64,000 bases of DNA from an uncultured bacterium (GTDB lineage Bacteria > Actinomycetota > Acidimicrobiia > Acidimicrobiales > VFJN01): the NCBI GenBank assembly GCA_963756425.1, contig CAVWNW010000012.1, positions 160,783 through 224,782 of the forward strand, written 5' to 3'. Shown here piece by piece: positions 47,932 to 57,378 of the stretch. The notes under the pieces were generated by a model that was not told where the DNA came from, ran no database searches, and was given only the letters and a program-made list of their open reading frames with translations. Numbering within the stretch: the stretch's first letter is position 1; each line of letters starts with the position of its first letter. A program made the translations under genes and the position numbers.

Positions 47932-49932
47932 ATGTCGATGTTCGGGACCGTAGGGTTCGCGCCCGTGGTGGTCGCTGCGAGCATCGGCGAGGTCGCCCTC
48001 AGGATCCTCGTAGCGGCCGTGCTGGCGATGGTCACGACGTCGCTCTCGCTCCGGCTGCTCGGCGTGCGCCGAGGCTGGGCGACGGCGCTGGTTTCGGGGG
48101 CGGTCGGATGGGTCCTCGGAGGGCTACTGGCCCTGCGTCTGTCCGATTGGGACTGGGGGGCGGACGCCCTCGTGGTTCAGACCCTCGCGATCGCGATCCC
48201 GACGACGATGGCCGTCGCGGTCGCGATCGACCTCCTGAGCAGCCCGGGATCCCTCGCGCGCGCCGAGGCCGCCGGGCTGGTCATCGCACCACGACCCCTA
48301 CAGTCCATCCGTGGCCGCGTCGACGTCTACCGGCGCTACCGCGAGCTGGTCGGGCTGGCCCGGCAGCACGGCTTCGGGCCGCTGCTGGCTGCGGGCGGCA
48401 AGGCCGAGCGATCGAACGAGCCGGTTGGCGTGCGCCTCCGCCAAGTGCTCGAGGAGGCCGGCGGCGTCTACGTGAAGATCGGCCAGATCGCGGCGACGAG
48501 GGTCGACCTGGTGCCACCGGAGATCTGCGACGAGCTCGCCAAGCTGCAGAATCGCGTGCCCACCGAGGCGCCGGAGCGCATCGAAACCGTGCTCGAGGCG
48601 GAGCTTGGCGGTTCGGTCGATGCCGTTTTCGCCGACTTCGATTGGGAACCGCTGGCGGCCGCCTCGATCGGCCAGACCTACCGGGCGCGGCTTCACACCG
48701 GCGAGGCTGTGGTCGTCAAAGTCCAGCGGCCGGACATCGAGCAGATCATCGAGCGGGACCTGGCGGCACTGGCCAACCTCGCGGACCTGGCCGAACGACG
48801 GACGCCCATCGGGCGGAGCGTGCGATCGGGTGAGATCCTGGGGCAGTTCGCGCAGAGCCTGCGCGAGGAGCTCGACTACCTGGGCGAGGCCGACGCCATG
48901 GCCGAAATGGCCGTCGTGCTCGGCGACGGCGACGGCGGCGGGGTCCGGGTCCCCGGGGTGTATCCCGAGCTGTGCACCAGGCGTGTGCTGGTCCAGGAGC
49001 GCTTCGAGGGCTTCACGGCGGCCGACGCCGACGAGCTGGCGGCCTCGGCCACCGACCGCAGCGCTCTCGCCGACAGCCTGCTGCGGTCGGCCCTCCAGCA
49101 GGTGCTGAAGCACGGCTTCTTCCACGCCGACCCCCATCCCGGCAACGTCTTCGTCCTGGCGGACGGGACATTGGGCCTTATCGACTTCGGAGCGGTGGGC
49201 CGGCTCGACCCGATCTTGCGGTCGGCGGTCATCGACATGATGGCGGGATTCGTACGGCAGGACGTGGGCCTGGTGCGAGACGGAATCGAACGAGTGGCCG
49301 ACATGAGCGGTGCGGTGTCGAGCGACCGTCTGGAGCGGGCCATCGCGCACCTCATGGCACGCAACCTGCGGCCCTCGGGCACGATCGGCGTGGGTGCTCT
49401 GCAGGAACTCGTCCCGATGCTGACCGAGTTCGACATCCGCTTGCCAGGCGATCTCGTCCTCCTGTCGAGGGCGCTGGTCACCCTCGACGGCACCCTCGGG
49501 GTCCTGTCACCTGGTCGCTCCATCGTGGGCGCCGCCTTGGACCTAGCGGCGCCGTCAAGCGAGCCGCCCATCGTCGATACCGACGCGCTGCTCCGCGACG
49601 AGCTGGCAGCCGTCCTGCCGCGCCTCCGACGACTCCCCGATCGGTTCGACCGGGTGATGACACTGGCGGCGCGTGGCGACCTGCGGGTGCGCCAAGTCGT
49701 CGACGAGGACACCGGTCGCATCCTCCGGACCCTCGTGAACCGTGCGCTCCTGGCGGCCACCGGTGCCGCGTTCATGGTCGCGTCTGCGGTCCTGCTCGTT
49801 GCGACCGAGGACGGTCCAACCGTGGCCGGGAATACCGGACTGTTCGAGATCTTCGGCTACGGAGGCTTGTTGATCGGCAGCGTGCTCGTGCTGCGCGTCG
49901 TCGCCGCGGTGGCCCGCGACGGGACGACCTGA
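47932..49932 (+). CDS. ABC1/UbiB-family atypical kinase with N- and C-terminal TM segments
   Basis: LRQVLEEAGGVYVKIGQIAATRVDLVPPEICDELAKLQNRVP...PLAAASIGQTYRARL..GEAVVVKVQRP...FHADPHPGNVFV...GLIDFGAVGRL. Confidence 0.85.
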   Translation: MSMFGTVGFAPVVVAASIGEVALRILVAAVLAMVTTSLSLRLLGVRRGWATALVSGAVGWVLGGLLALRLSDWDWGADALVVQTLAIAIPTTMAVAVAIDLLSSPGSLARAEAAGLVIAPRPLQSIRGRVDVYRRYRELVGLARQHGFGPLLAAGGKAERSNEPVGVRLRQVLEEAGGVYVKIGQIAATRVDLVPPEICDELAKLQNRVPTEAPERIETVLEAELGGSVDAVFADFDWEPLAAASIGQTYRARLHTGEAVVVKVQRPDIEQIIERDLAALANLADLAERRTPIGRSVRSGEILGQFAQSLREELDYLGEADAMAEMAVVLGDGDGGGVRVPGVYPELCTRRVLVQERFEGFTAADADELAASATDRSALADSLLRSALQQVLKHGFFHADPHPGNVFVLADGTLGLIDFGAVGRLDPILRSAVIDMMAGFVRQDVGLVRDGIERVADMSGAVSSDRLERAIAHLMARNLRPSGTIGVGALQELVPMLTEFDIRLPGDLVLLSRALVTLDGTLGVLSPGRSIVGAALDLAAPSSEPPIVDTDALLRDELAAVLPRLRRLPDRFDRVMTLAARGDLRVRQVVDEDTGRILRTLVNRALLAATGAAFMVASAVLLVATEDGPTVAGNTGLFEIFGYGGLLIGSVLVLRVVAAVARDGTT

Positions 49933-49951
49933 CCCTGGAAGCCGGTGGTCG

Positions 49952-51048
49952 TCAGGACAGGGCGGGCGCGACCGGCTCGCCGCCCGGCGCCGGGGCGATC
50001 GTCGCGGGCAGCGGCGGAGCGGAATCGAGCCACGAACGGTTGCGACGCCAGTACAGGTAGGTGATGGCCCCGAAGATGATCGGGACGACGTAGGTAAGCA
50101 GGCGGAAGATCAACACCGACGCCACAACCGCCGCATCCTCCCCGCCGGCGCGCGTGATCCCGGAGATGAGGGCGAGCTCGATGATGCCGACGCCACCCGG
50201 TGTGAGGGGGATGGCCGTGAGCAGCCGGGCGAAGGCGAACGTCGCGAGCACCTGCGCCCAGCCGACCTCGTCGTCCGACACGCCCATGGCCCGCAGCGTG
50301 ATGAGGAGAACTGCGTACAACGACAGATGGCCCACGACCGTGGTGATGGTCAGCAATGCCCAGCGTTGGCGCACCAACCCGACGACCCGGCCCCGGAACT
50401 TCGTGAGCGCCAGGTCCCACCCCTCGACCGGGTCCTTGTGCACCAGCCGACGGAGCGCGGACATCCAGCGGCCGGCGCCGAGCCCGAACCGCCGGGCGTA
50501 TTCCTCGCTACGCAGGATGACGCGAACACCACGATCGCGCCCACCAGCCCGGCCAGGCCGGCCACCGCCGCGACCAGGCGACCCCCGCCCGGCTCTCCCT
50601 GCGCCGCCAAGATGGCCAGCGCCACGATTGGCATCCCCAGCTTGGCGAAGTTGTTCCAGATGCCGCTCACGACCAGGGACAGGGTCGTACGCGACTTCGA
50701 GAACCCCCACGAGCCCAGCATCGAGTAGGTGAGCCCGACGCCCACGGCGCCGCCGGCGGGCACGGAGTTCGACACCGCGGTGGTCGACTCGGTCATCACC
50801 ATTGATTGGGAGAACGTGAGCCCGGGCGTGGCGATCATGTTGAGGATCCAGTAGGTGACCAGGTTCCAGCCCGCCGCAACCACCAGTCCGCCGATCTCGA
50901 GCGGGGTGAGGGTGCGCATCGCGTCCCAGATCTGGGAGAGATCTGCGAACTGGCGCAGGACATACCAGAAGATGAAGACAACCAGCGCCAGGGAGACGGC
51001 GATCTGAATCGCCTTGCGCAGGCGGGGGTCCCGCACGATCGTGGGCAC
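49952..51048 (-). pseudogene. LPG_synthase_TM / MprF-flippase-like membrane protein, apparent 1-nt deletion near 50518-50523
   Basis: The N-terminal half is in the frame of ORF 50350..51096 (..IQIAVSLALVVFIFWYVLRQF...LVGAIVVF). The C-terminal half is in the frame of ORF 49952..51211 (ILRSEEYARRFG...LLTAIPLTPGGVGIIELALI...). A GGAGGA SD lies 6 nt before GTG 51048. Confidence 0.65.
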
Positions 51049-51234
51049 GAGGGCTCCTCCGATTACGCGCCGGCAGCGCGTCCCCGGAGTCTTCACCCCA
51101 CCGACCGACCTGGCAACAGCTTGCCGCCATCACCCCTCGAGGCATGCCCCCTCCCCCTCGTCGATCGTCCTGTGGGAGGCTGTCGGTGCGCCGTCGTCGA
51201 CGGTGCCACAACCGAAGGAGGGGTCCTGCGCAGC

Positions 51235-52161
51235 GTGGGAGCCCTGAGGTCAGTAGCCGTTCTCGCGCTTGCGGGCCTGGCCGTCCCGCTCGTCGGCTGT
51301 GGTTCGCGGCCCCCGGCGGACGGTCGGAACAGCGTGCTCGGCGATCAGTCGATCACCGTCGCCTCGTTCGACTTCCCGGAGAGCGAGGTGCTCGCCGAGA
51401 TCTATGCCCAGGCGCTTCAGGCCGGCGGATTCGATACGCGGCTCGAGGGCCGCGTCGGCCCGCGGGAGCTCGTCCAGCCGGCGCTGGCCAGTGGTCTGGT
51501 CGAGTTCGTGCCGGAGTACTCGGGCACGGCGCTCGAGTTCCTCAGCCTCGGTGCCGCCGAGCCCACGCCTGACGGCGCCGCAAATCGCGCGGCACTGCGC
51601 CGCACCGTGGACCACGATCGCATCGTCGCGCTGGAGCCGGCACCGGCTCAGGATGCCAACGCCGTAGTCGTCACACGCAACCTGGCCGACCGATACGACC
51701 TCGACGAGGTCAGCGACCTGGAGGCCGTCGCGCCGCAGCTGACGATCGGTGGCCCACCGGAGTGCCCGACCCGGCCGTTCTGCCTCGCGGGACTGGAGCG
51801 GGTCTATGGCCTCCAGTTCGAGAACTTCCTGCCGCTCGATGCTGGTGGCCCCCTCACCCACCAGGCCCTGACCGGTGGCCACGTCGACGTCGCGATTCTG
51901 TTCACGACCGATCCCGAGGTCGACACGCCTGCGCTGGTCGTGCTGGACGACGACCGTCGCCTGCAGCCGGCCGAGAACGTCGTCCCCCTGGTGCGTGCCG
52001 AAGTCGTCGAGCGCTGGGGTGACGACCTGGTACGGCTCGTCGACGGCGTTTCGGCCCGCCTCACAACCGAGGACCTGCGAGCCCTCAACGCCCGAGTGGC
52101 CGCCGGCGACAGCCCCGCGGCCGTGGCCGAACGGTGGCTCGACGGGGAGGGCCTGAAGTGA
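51235..52161 (+). CDS. OpuAC-family (glycine betaine/choline-type) substrate-binding lipoprotein, no ABC partner genes adjacent
   Basis: It has the lipobox LAVPLVGCGS. ITVASFDFPESEVLAEIYAQALQAGGFDT...LVEFVPEYSGTALEFL...ENVVPLV. The start (GTG 51235) is approximate. Confidence 0.75.
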   Translation: MGALRSVAVLALAGLAVPLVGCGSRPPADGRNSVLGDQSITVASFDFPESEVLAEIYAQALQAGGFDTRLEGRVGPRELVQPALASGLVEFVPEYSGTALEFLSLGAAEPTPDGAANRAALRRTVDHDRIVALEPAPAQDANAVVVTRNLADRYDLDEVSDLEAVAPQLTIGGPPECPTRPFCLAGLERVYGLQFENFLPLDAGGPLTHQALTGGHVDVAILFTTDPEVDTPALVVLDDDRRLQPAENVVPLVRAEVVERWGDDLVRLVDGVSARLTTEDLRALNARVAAGDSPAAVAERWLDGEGLK

Positions 52162-52179
52162 GAGCAACGGGCGGCGGAC

Positions 52180-54391
52180 ATGAGCACTCCTAGCCAGATC
52201 AGACCCGGAGTGGCTGGGTCGAGCACGATCGACGTCGCTCCGGGCCCCTCGTCGGCCGTGCGACAGGACCGCCGCCGGCGGCGGCCGACAGGGGCGCCGC
52301 CGCCACTGCCCAAAGCCGTCGGGCGCACAGGCAAGGTGTGGCTGGTCGCGCTGGTGGCGCTCATGGGCTGGGTGATCGTGCTGTTCGTATCGGCCGCCGC
52401 GCGGCGGCTCACCGACCGTGTCGACTCCGCGGCACTGCGACAGATCGCTCGACTGCGGACGGAGTGGCTCACCGATGTGATGACCGCCATCGATCGCATC
52501 GGGACCGGCTGGACTCTCACCGTTCTGGCGCTGGGCACCATCGTGCTGCAAATGGTGTTCCGCCGGTGGCGACACCTGTTCACGTTTCTCGCCAGCATCG
52601 TCGTCGTGGACGTCGTCGGCAGCATCGTCTACTACAACTTCTCCCGGCCCCGGCCCTACGACGTGACCGCCATCGGCCGCTGGGCGGGGTACTCCTTCCC
52701 GTCCCCGCCCCTCGGGTATCTCGCCGTGGTCCTCGTCGCCATGGTGTACTCACTGGCGCCGGCGGGCAGGCCGAGGCGATGGGCCAAGCTGGCGGCTGGC
52801 GCGGCGCTAGGGGCACTTGCGTTCGCGCGGCTTTACCTCGGTGTCGACCACCCGTTCGACGCCATCATCGCCCTGGCGCTCGGCGTGGTCATCCCGCTGG
52901 TGGCCTTCCGGATGTTCACGCCCAACGACATCGTGCCGGTGACCTATGGACGCGGCAAGACGGCGCATCTCGACGTCGGCGGCAAGCGCGGCGAGGCGAT
53001 CCGCCGGGCCGTGCACGAGCAGCTCGGGCTGAGAGTGCTCGACGTCAAGCCCGTCGGCCTCGAAGGCTCGGGAGGCTCGACGCCCCTGCGACTCCGCGTG
53101 GCGGGCGAGCCCGAAACCTTCCTGTTCGCCAAGTTGTTCGCGATGAACCACGTGCGGGCCGATCGCTGGTACAAGCTGGGCAGGGAGCTGCTCTACGGCC
53201 GGCTCGAAGACGAAGCGCGGTTCCAGAGCGTCCGGCGGCTGGTCGAGTACGAGGACCACGCCCTCCGTCTGCTGCGCGACGCCGGCATCCCCACGGCCGC
53301 GCCCTACGGCATCGTCGAGATCACTCCCGAGCGCGAGTACATGCTCGTGACCGGGTTCATCGAGGACCCCCAGGAGATCGGCGAGGCCGCCGTCGACGAC
53401 CAGGTGATCGACGAGGCGCTCCAGATCGTCCGGCGGCTGTGGGATGCCGGGCTGGCGCACCGGGATGTGAAGCCAGCGAACCTGCTCGTGAGCGATGGCC
53501 ACGTCTTCCTGATCGACGCATTCTTCGTGCAGGTCCGCCCCTCCCCGTGGCGACAGGCCATCGACCTCGGGAACATGATGCTGGTCTTGGCCGTCCGCAC
53601 GGACGCGGAGCGGGTCTACGAGCGGGCACTTCGGTTCTTCACGCCCGACGAGATCGCCGAGGCATTCGCCGCCACCCGCGGTGTCGCCAGCCCCACCCAG
53701 CTGCGGGCGGTGATGAAACACGACGGCCGCGATCTCATCGAACAGTTCCGTCGCCTCGCGCCGCCTCGCCGGCCGATCGGCCTGCAGCGCTGGAGCGTCC
53801 GCCGGGTTGTGCTGGCACTAGGGCTGGTAGGCATAACTGTTTTCTCCGCGGTGCAGGTCACGTCGATGTTCACCCCCGTCCATGACGTTCCGATCGGCGA
53901 CAGCCCCGACTGCGGAACCGGCGACATGGCCATCACGGTTGCCCAGTCCGTGCCCTCCGCCACCCTCGTCCCCTGCATCGCCACCCTGCCGGCGGGCTGG
54001 AAGCTGGGCGGTGTTCACGTCAAGCGCGACCGCAGCACGTTCTGGCTCGATTCGGATCTCGGGGGCGACCGGGCCGTCGAGGCGACGCTTCACCCCGCGG
54101 GACGAATGCGACACCTCTGACGCTTCGCCCGTTCCGAGCGACGAGGTCGGCACTGATCGCTACGAGCAACCTGAGCGCCTACCGCCTGGGCTGCGCAGCA
54201 CCCGGTACTACCTGTTCCCCGGGGGTTGCGTCACCTACAGGTTCGAGTTCGACGACGAGGCCACTCCGGAGCTCATGTTCAGCGCCGACCAAGCCCTCGC
54301 CTTCCAACCACGATCGACCCTCTTGGACCACGTGAGGGCGACCACCGGCCTCGACCTCTGCGGAGCCGGCGCGACCTGCGTCGGAGAGTGA
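52180..54391 (+). pseudogene. Fusion membrane protein: degenerate PAP2-like domain + protein/Kdo-kinase-like domain + TM + Cys-containing extracytoplasmic domain; frame broken near 54088-54095
   Basis: The PAP2-like part has YNFSRPRP, SFPSPP (no His) and ARLYLGVDHPFD. The kinase core has LFAKL, LAHRDVKPANLLV and FLIDAFF. After the TM VVLALGLVGITVFSAV the frame of 52180 ends in ..EATLHPAGRMRHL*. The frame of ORF 53882..54391 continues RDECDTSDASPVPSDEVGTDRYE...YYLFPGGCVTYRFEFD. Confidence 0.6.
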
Positions 54392-54430
54392 GGGGCGGGC
54401 ACGACACGCCACGGCCGAAGGGCGGTACTG

Positions 54431-55087
54431 ATGACCGACTTGGAAATCGGGAGGACCGCAGCGCAATGGACCCGGCGACGCGGCGACGCAGTCGCGTTGG
54501 TTGCTGGCCTCGCGGTCCTGGCGGTCGGCATGGTCATTGTCCGCGACGGCACGGTTCCAGCCTGGGAGCGCAACGCGTTCGACGCGGTCAACGACCTGCC
54601 TGGCTGGCTCTACCCGCCGGCCTGGCCGCTCCAGCAGCTCGGTGTGCTAGTCGTCGGACCAGTCGTGGCCCTCGTGGCCGCGCTCACTCGTCACTTCCGT
54701 CTGGCGCTGGCCGCCCTGCTCGCCACCCTCGCCAAGCTCGCCCTGGAGGACGTCGTCAAGGCGATCGTGAGCCGCGAGCGGCCCGGAACCTCGATCGGCG
54801 GCGACATCGAGACGCGGGGCGACGTCAGCATCAGCGGCGAGAGCTTCGTGTCGGGCCACGCCGTGCTCGCCGCCGCACTCGCCGGTGTGGTGACGCCCTA
54901 CCTGCCGGGCCGTTGGAAGGTCGTCCCGTGGGTCCTCGTGGCTCTCGTCATGCTCGGACGCGTCTACGTCGGCGCGCACGCACCGCTCGATGTGGTGTGC
55001 GGTGCAGCTCTCGGCCTCGCCATCGCGGCGTGCATCAACCTGCTGCTCGGGGTGCCCACCGACGCACCCGAGCCGGAGTCCGGATGA
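54431..55087 (+). CDS. PAP2-family phosphatase (intact catalytic motifs)
   Basis: KAIVSRERP (KX6RP), FVSGH (SGH), GRVYVGAHAPLD (RX5HX3D), and 5-6 TM segments. Confidence 0.85.
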   Translation: MTDLEIGRTAAQWTRRRGDAVALVAGLAVLAVGMVIVRDGTVPAWERNAFDAVNDLPGWLYPPAWPLQQLGVLVVGPVVALVAALTRHFRLALAALLATLAKLALEDVVKAIVSRERPGTSIGGDIETRGDVSISGESFVSGHAVLAAALAGVVTPYLPGRWKVVPWVLVALVMLGRVYVGAHAPLDVVCGAALGLAIAACINLLLGVPTDAPEPESG

Positions 55088-55195
55088 CGGCGAACGAAAC
55101 TTGCCCAGTCATTTGCTGACGATGCGGCTCGACTGAGGCGACGTTACACAGAGCCTCCGGGACGCTGCTCTGTCACGACGACTGGGCGACACGCG

Positions 55196-56026
55196 CTAGT
55201 CGACGATCGTGGCGGCGTGATCGGGAACGTAGTGCTGTTCGGCGCGCGGCGGGCGCACGTAGCCCGAAGGCTTGGGCCGCTTCGGGAGCGTCGTCGCCGG
55301 ATGGGCGACCTCGTGGTAGTCGAGCGTGCTGAGCAGATGAGCGATCATGTTCAGGCGGGCCCGCCGCTTGTCGTCGCTCTCCACCACATACCACGGGGAC
55401 TCAGGGATGTCGGTGTGCACCATCATCTGGTCCTTGGCACGCGAGTAGTCCTCCCAATGGATGATCGATTCGGGATCCATCGGTGACAGCTTCCACGACT
55501 TCAGCGGGTCCCCGAGGCGGCCATGGAAGCGCCGCTCCTGCTCGGCGTCGCTAACCGAGAACCAGTACTTGCGCAGCAGCACCCCGTCCTCCACGAGCAG
55601 GCGCTCGAAGATCGGGCACTGGTGGAGGAAGCGCTGGTACTCCTCGGCCGTGCAGAACCCCATCACGTGCTCGACGCCGGCCCGGTTGTACCAGGAGCGG
55701 TCGAAGAGCACGATCTCCCCCGCCGTCGGCAGGTGGTCGACATAGCGCTGGAAGTACCACTGTCCCCGCTCGCGCTCGGTCGGCGCCGGCAGGGCGGCGA
55801 TGCGGGCGACGCGCGGGTTGAGGTGCTCGGTGACCCGCTTGATCGCGCCCCCTTTGCCCGCCGCATCGCGCCCCTCGAAAATGACGACGACGCGCTGACC
55901 CTCGGCTCGCACCCACTCCTGTACCTTCACGAGCTCGCCCTGGAGCCGCAGCAGCTCGGCCTCGTACGCCTTCTTGGGCACCCGCACTGTCCCGTCGCCG
56001 TTTGCCTCGTGGTGTGCCTTGGCCAT
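55196..56026 (-). CDS. ppk2: Polyphosphate kinase 2 (single-domain)
   Basis: VVIFEGRDAAGKGGAIKRV...NPR...LPAPTERERGQWYFQRY...GEIVLFDRSWYNRAGVE. Confidence 0.9.
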   Translation of the reverse strand: MAKAHHEANGDGTVRVPKKAYEAELLRLQGELVKVQEWVRAEGQRVVVIFEGRDAAGKGGAIKRVTEHLNPRVARIAALPAPTERERGQWYFQRYVDHLPTAGEIVLFDRSWYNRAGVEHVMGFCTAEEYQRFLHQCPIFERLLVEDGVLLRKYWFSVSDAEQERRFHGRLGDPLKSWKLSPMDPESIIHWEDYSRAKDQMMVHTDIPESPWYVVESDDKRRARLNMIAHLLSTLDYHEVAHPATTLPKRPKPSGYVRPPRAEQHYVPDHAATIVD

Positions 56027-56092
56027 GTGCGGAGGGTACGTCCGCTCTACGGCATTTGAGCCGCGTTTGCTCTGATCAATGCCACGCTCGCG

Positions 56093-56165
56093 AGCCCGAG
56101 AGGAGAATCGAACTCCTGACCTACGCATTACGAGTGCGTTGCTCTGCCGTCTGAGCTACTCGGGC
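56093..56165 (-). tRNA. tRNA-Thr (anticodon CGU)
   Basis: The reverse complement folds as GCCCGAG-TA-GCTC-AGACGGCA-GAGC-A-ACGCA-CTCGTAA-TGCGT-AGGTC-AGGAG-TTCGATT-CTCCT-CTCGGGC-T, 73 nt. Confidence 0.9.
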
Positions 56166-56190
56166 GGGAAGGAGCGAGGATAGCAGCGCC

Positions 56191-57288
56191 CTAGTTGCCG
56201 CCGACCGGCGCGGGTGGCAGCCGGGCGACCAGCGCCTGCAGCAGGAGCGTCTCGTTGGGATAGCGGATAAGGGCCAGCCCGGCGTCGTCGATGCGCGCCA
56301 ACGCATCGACCAGCCGGGCCGACGACGGGCCCGGGCCGCTGGCGACCAGCGCGTCGCGGTAGGCGGACGCCAGGGTGGCGAGCCCGAAGCGCAGCTCCGC
56401 CATGCGGAACCGGCGGATCTCCCGGCGGTGACGCGTCTCCGTGTCGCGCTTGCCCGCGCCCCGCAGTCCGAACTGCGCGACCTGGGCCTCGATGGCGGCG
56501 GCCTCGTCGGCCTGCCGCTGCTGCAGCGGGACCAGCGCCTCGCCGATCATCGCCTGCAGCTCCGCCACGATCTGGGCGGCCCGGGCTCCGGTGCCGTCGA
56601 CCCGGCGGGGCACCTCCCGCCATGCCTGGTGCCTCAGGGCCAAGCGGTCGTCGGTCGCGAGGGTGCGGGCGCGGTCCATGTCGCCCGATGACGCCGCGGA
56701 CGCCGCGGCCGCACGGTCGGGGGACACGCCCTCCGCCAGCAACCGCTCGGCGATGGCAGTCGCCGGCAGCGCGCAGACCTCGATGCGCACGCACCGGCTG
56801 GCGATCGTCACCAGCTCGGTGACCACCTCGGTGGCCAGCAGCACGAACACCGTCGACGCCGGCGGCTCCTCGACGACCTTGAGCAGGTAGCCGGCGGCCT
56901 CGTCCTCCATGAGCTCGCACCCCAAGGCGACAACCACCTTGCGGTTGCCCTCGACCGGCGCCAACGTCGCGTGCCGCACCATGCGCTCGGCCTCACCCTT
57001 GCGGAACGTCATGCCCTCGGGCTCGACGATGCGCAGGTCGGGATGCTGCTCGGCGAGTGCGAGCCTCACGTGACGTTCGCGGTCGCCGTCGCTGGCGTCC
57101 GAGGTGGCCAGGACCTGGGCGGCGAAGCCCCGCGCCAGCGCCCGCTTGCCGGAGCCCGGGGGGCCGACCAGGAGGTAGGCGTGGACGGGCGCCCGGGCCG
57201 CCGCCTCGAGCTGGCGGATCGCGGCTGCCTGGTCGACGACGTCGCGCCACGGGTCGCTGCTACGGGCCGGAGCGGTCGGCGAGGTCAT
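56191..57288 (-). CDS. holB: DNA polymerase III subunit delta'
   Basis: HAYLLVGPPGSGKRALARGFAAQVL...LLKVVEEPP..TVFVLLA. The start ATG (57288-57286) lies inside repeat unit c1. Confidence 0.85.
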   Translation of the reverse strand: MTSPTAPARSSDPWRDVVDQAAAIRQLEAAARAPVHAYLLVGPPGSGKRALARGFAAQVLATSDASDGDRERHVRLALAEQHPDLRIVEPEGMTFRKGEAERMVRHATLAPVEGNRKVVVALGCELMEDEAAGYLLKVVEEPPASTVFVLLATEVVTELVTIASRCVRIEVCALPATAIAERLLAEGVSPDRAAAASAASSGDMDRARTLATDDRLALRHQAWREVPRRVDGTGARAAQIVAELQAMIGEALVPLQQRQADEAAAIEAQVAQFGLRGAGKRDTETRHRREIRRFRMAELRFGLATLASAYRDALVASGPGPSSARLVDALARIDDAGLALIRYPNETLLLQALVARLPPAPVGGN

Positions 57289-57378
57289 GGGTTCCACCAG
57301 TCCAAGGATGAGGCCATGAGTTCCGAATCCGGAACCTATGACCTTGGGCGGGCCGGCGTGGAACCTATGACCTCGGGC
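57281..57378. repeat. Nested-palindrome element, copy C
   Basis: The four units are GAGGTCATGGGTTCCAC (57281-57297), GAGGCCATGAGTTCCG (57310-57325), CGGAACCTATGACCTT (57330-57345) and GTGGAACCTATGACCTC (57358-57374). The outer arms are complementary at 16 of 17 positions. Confidence 0.88.
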
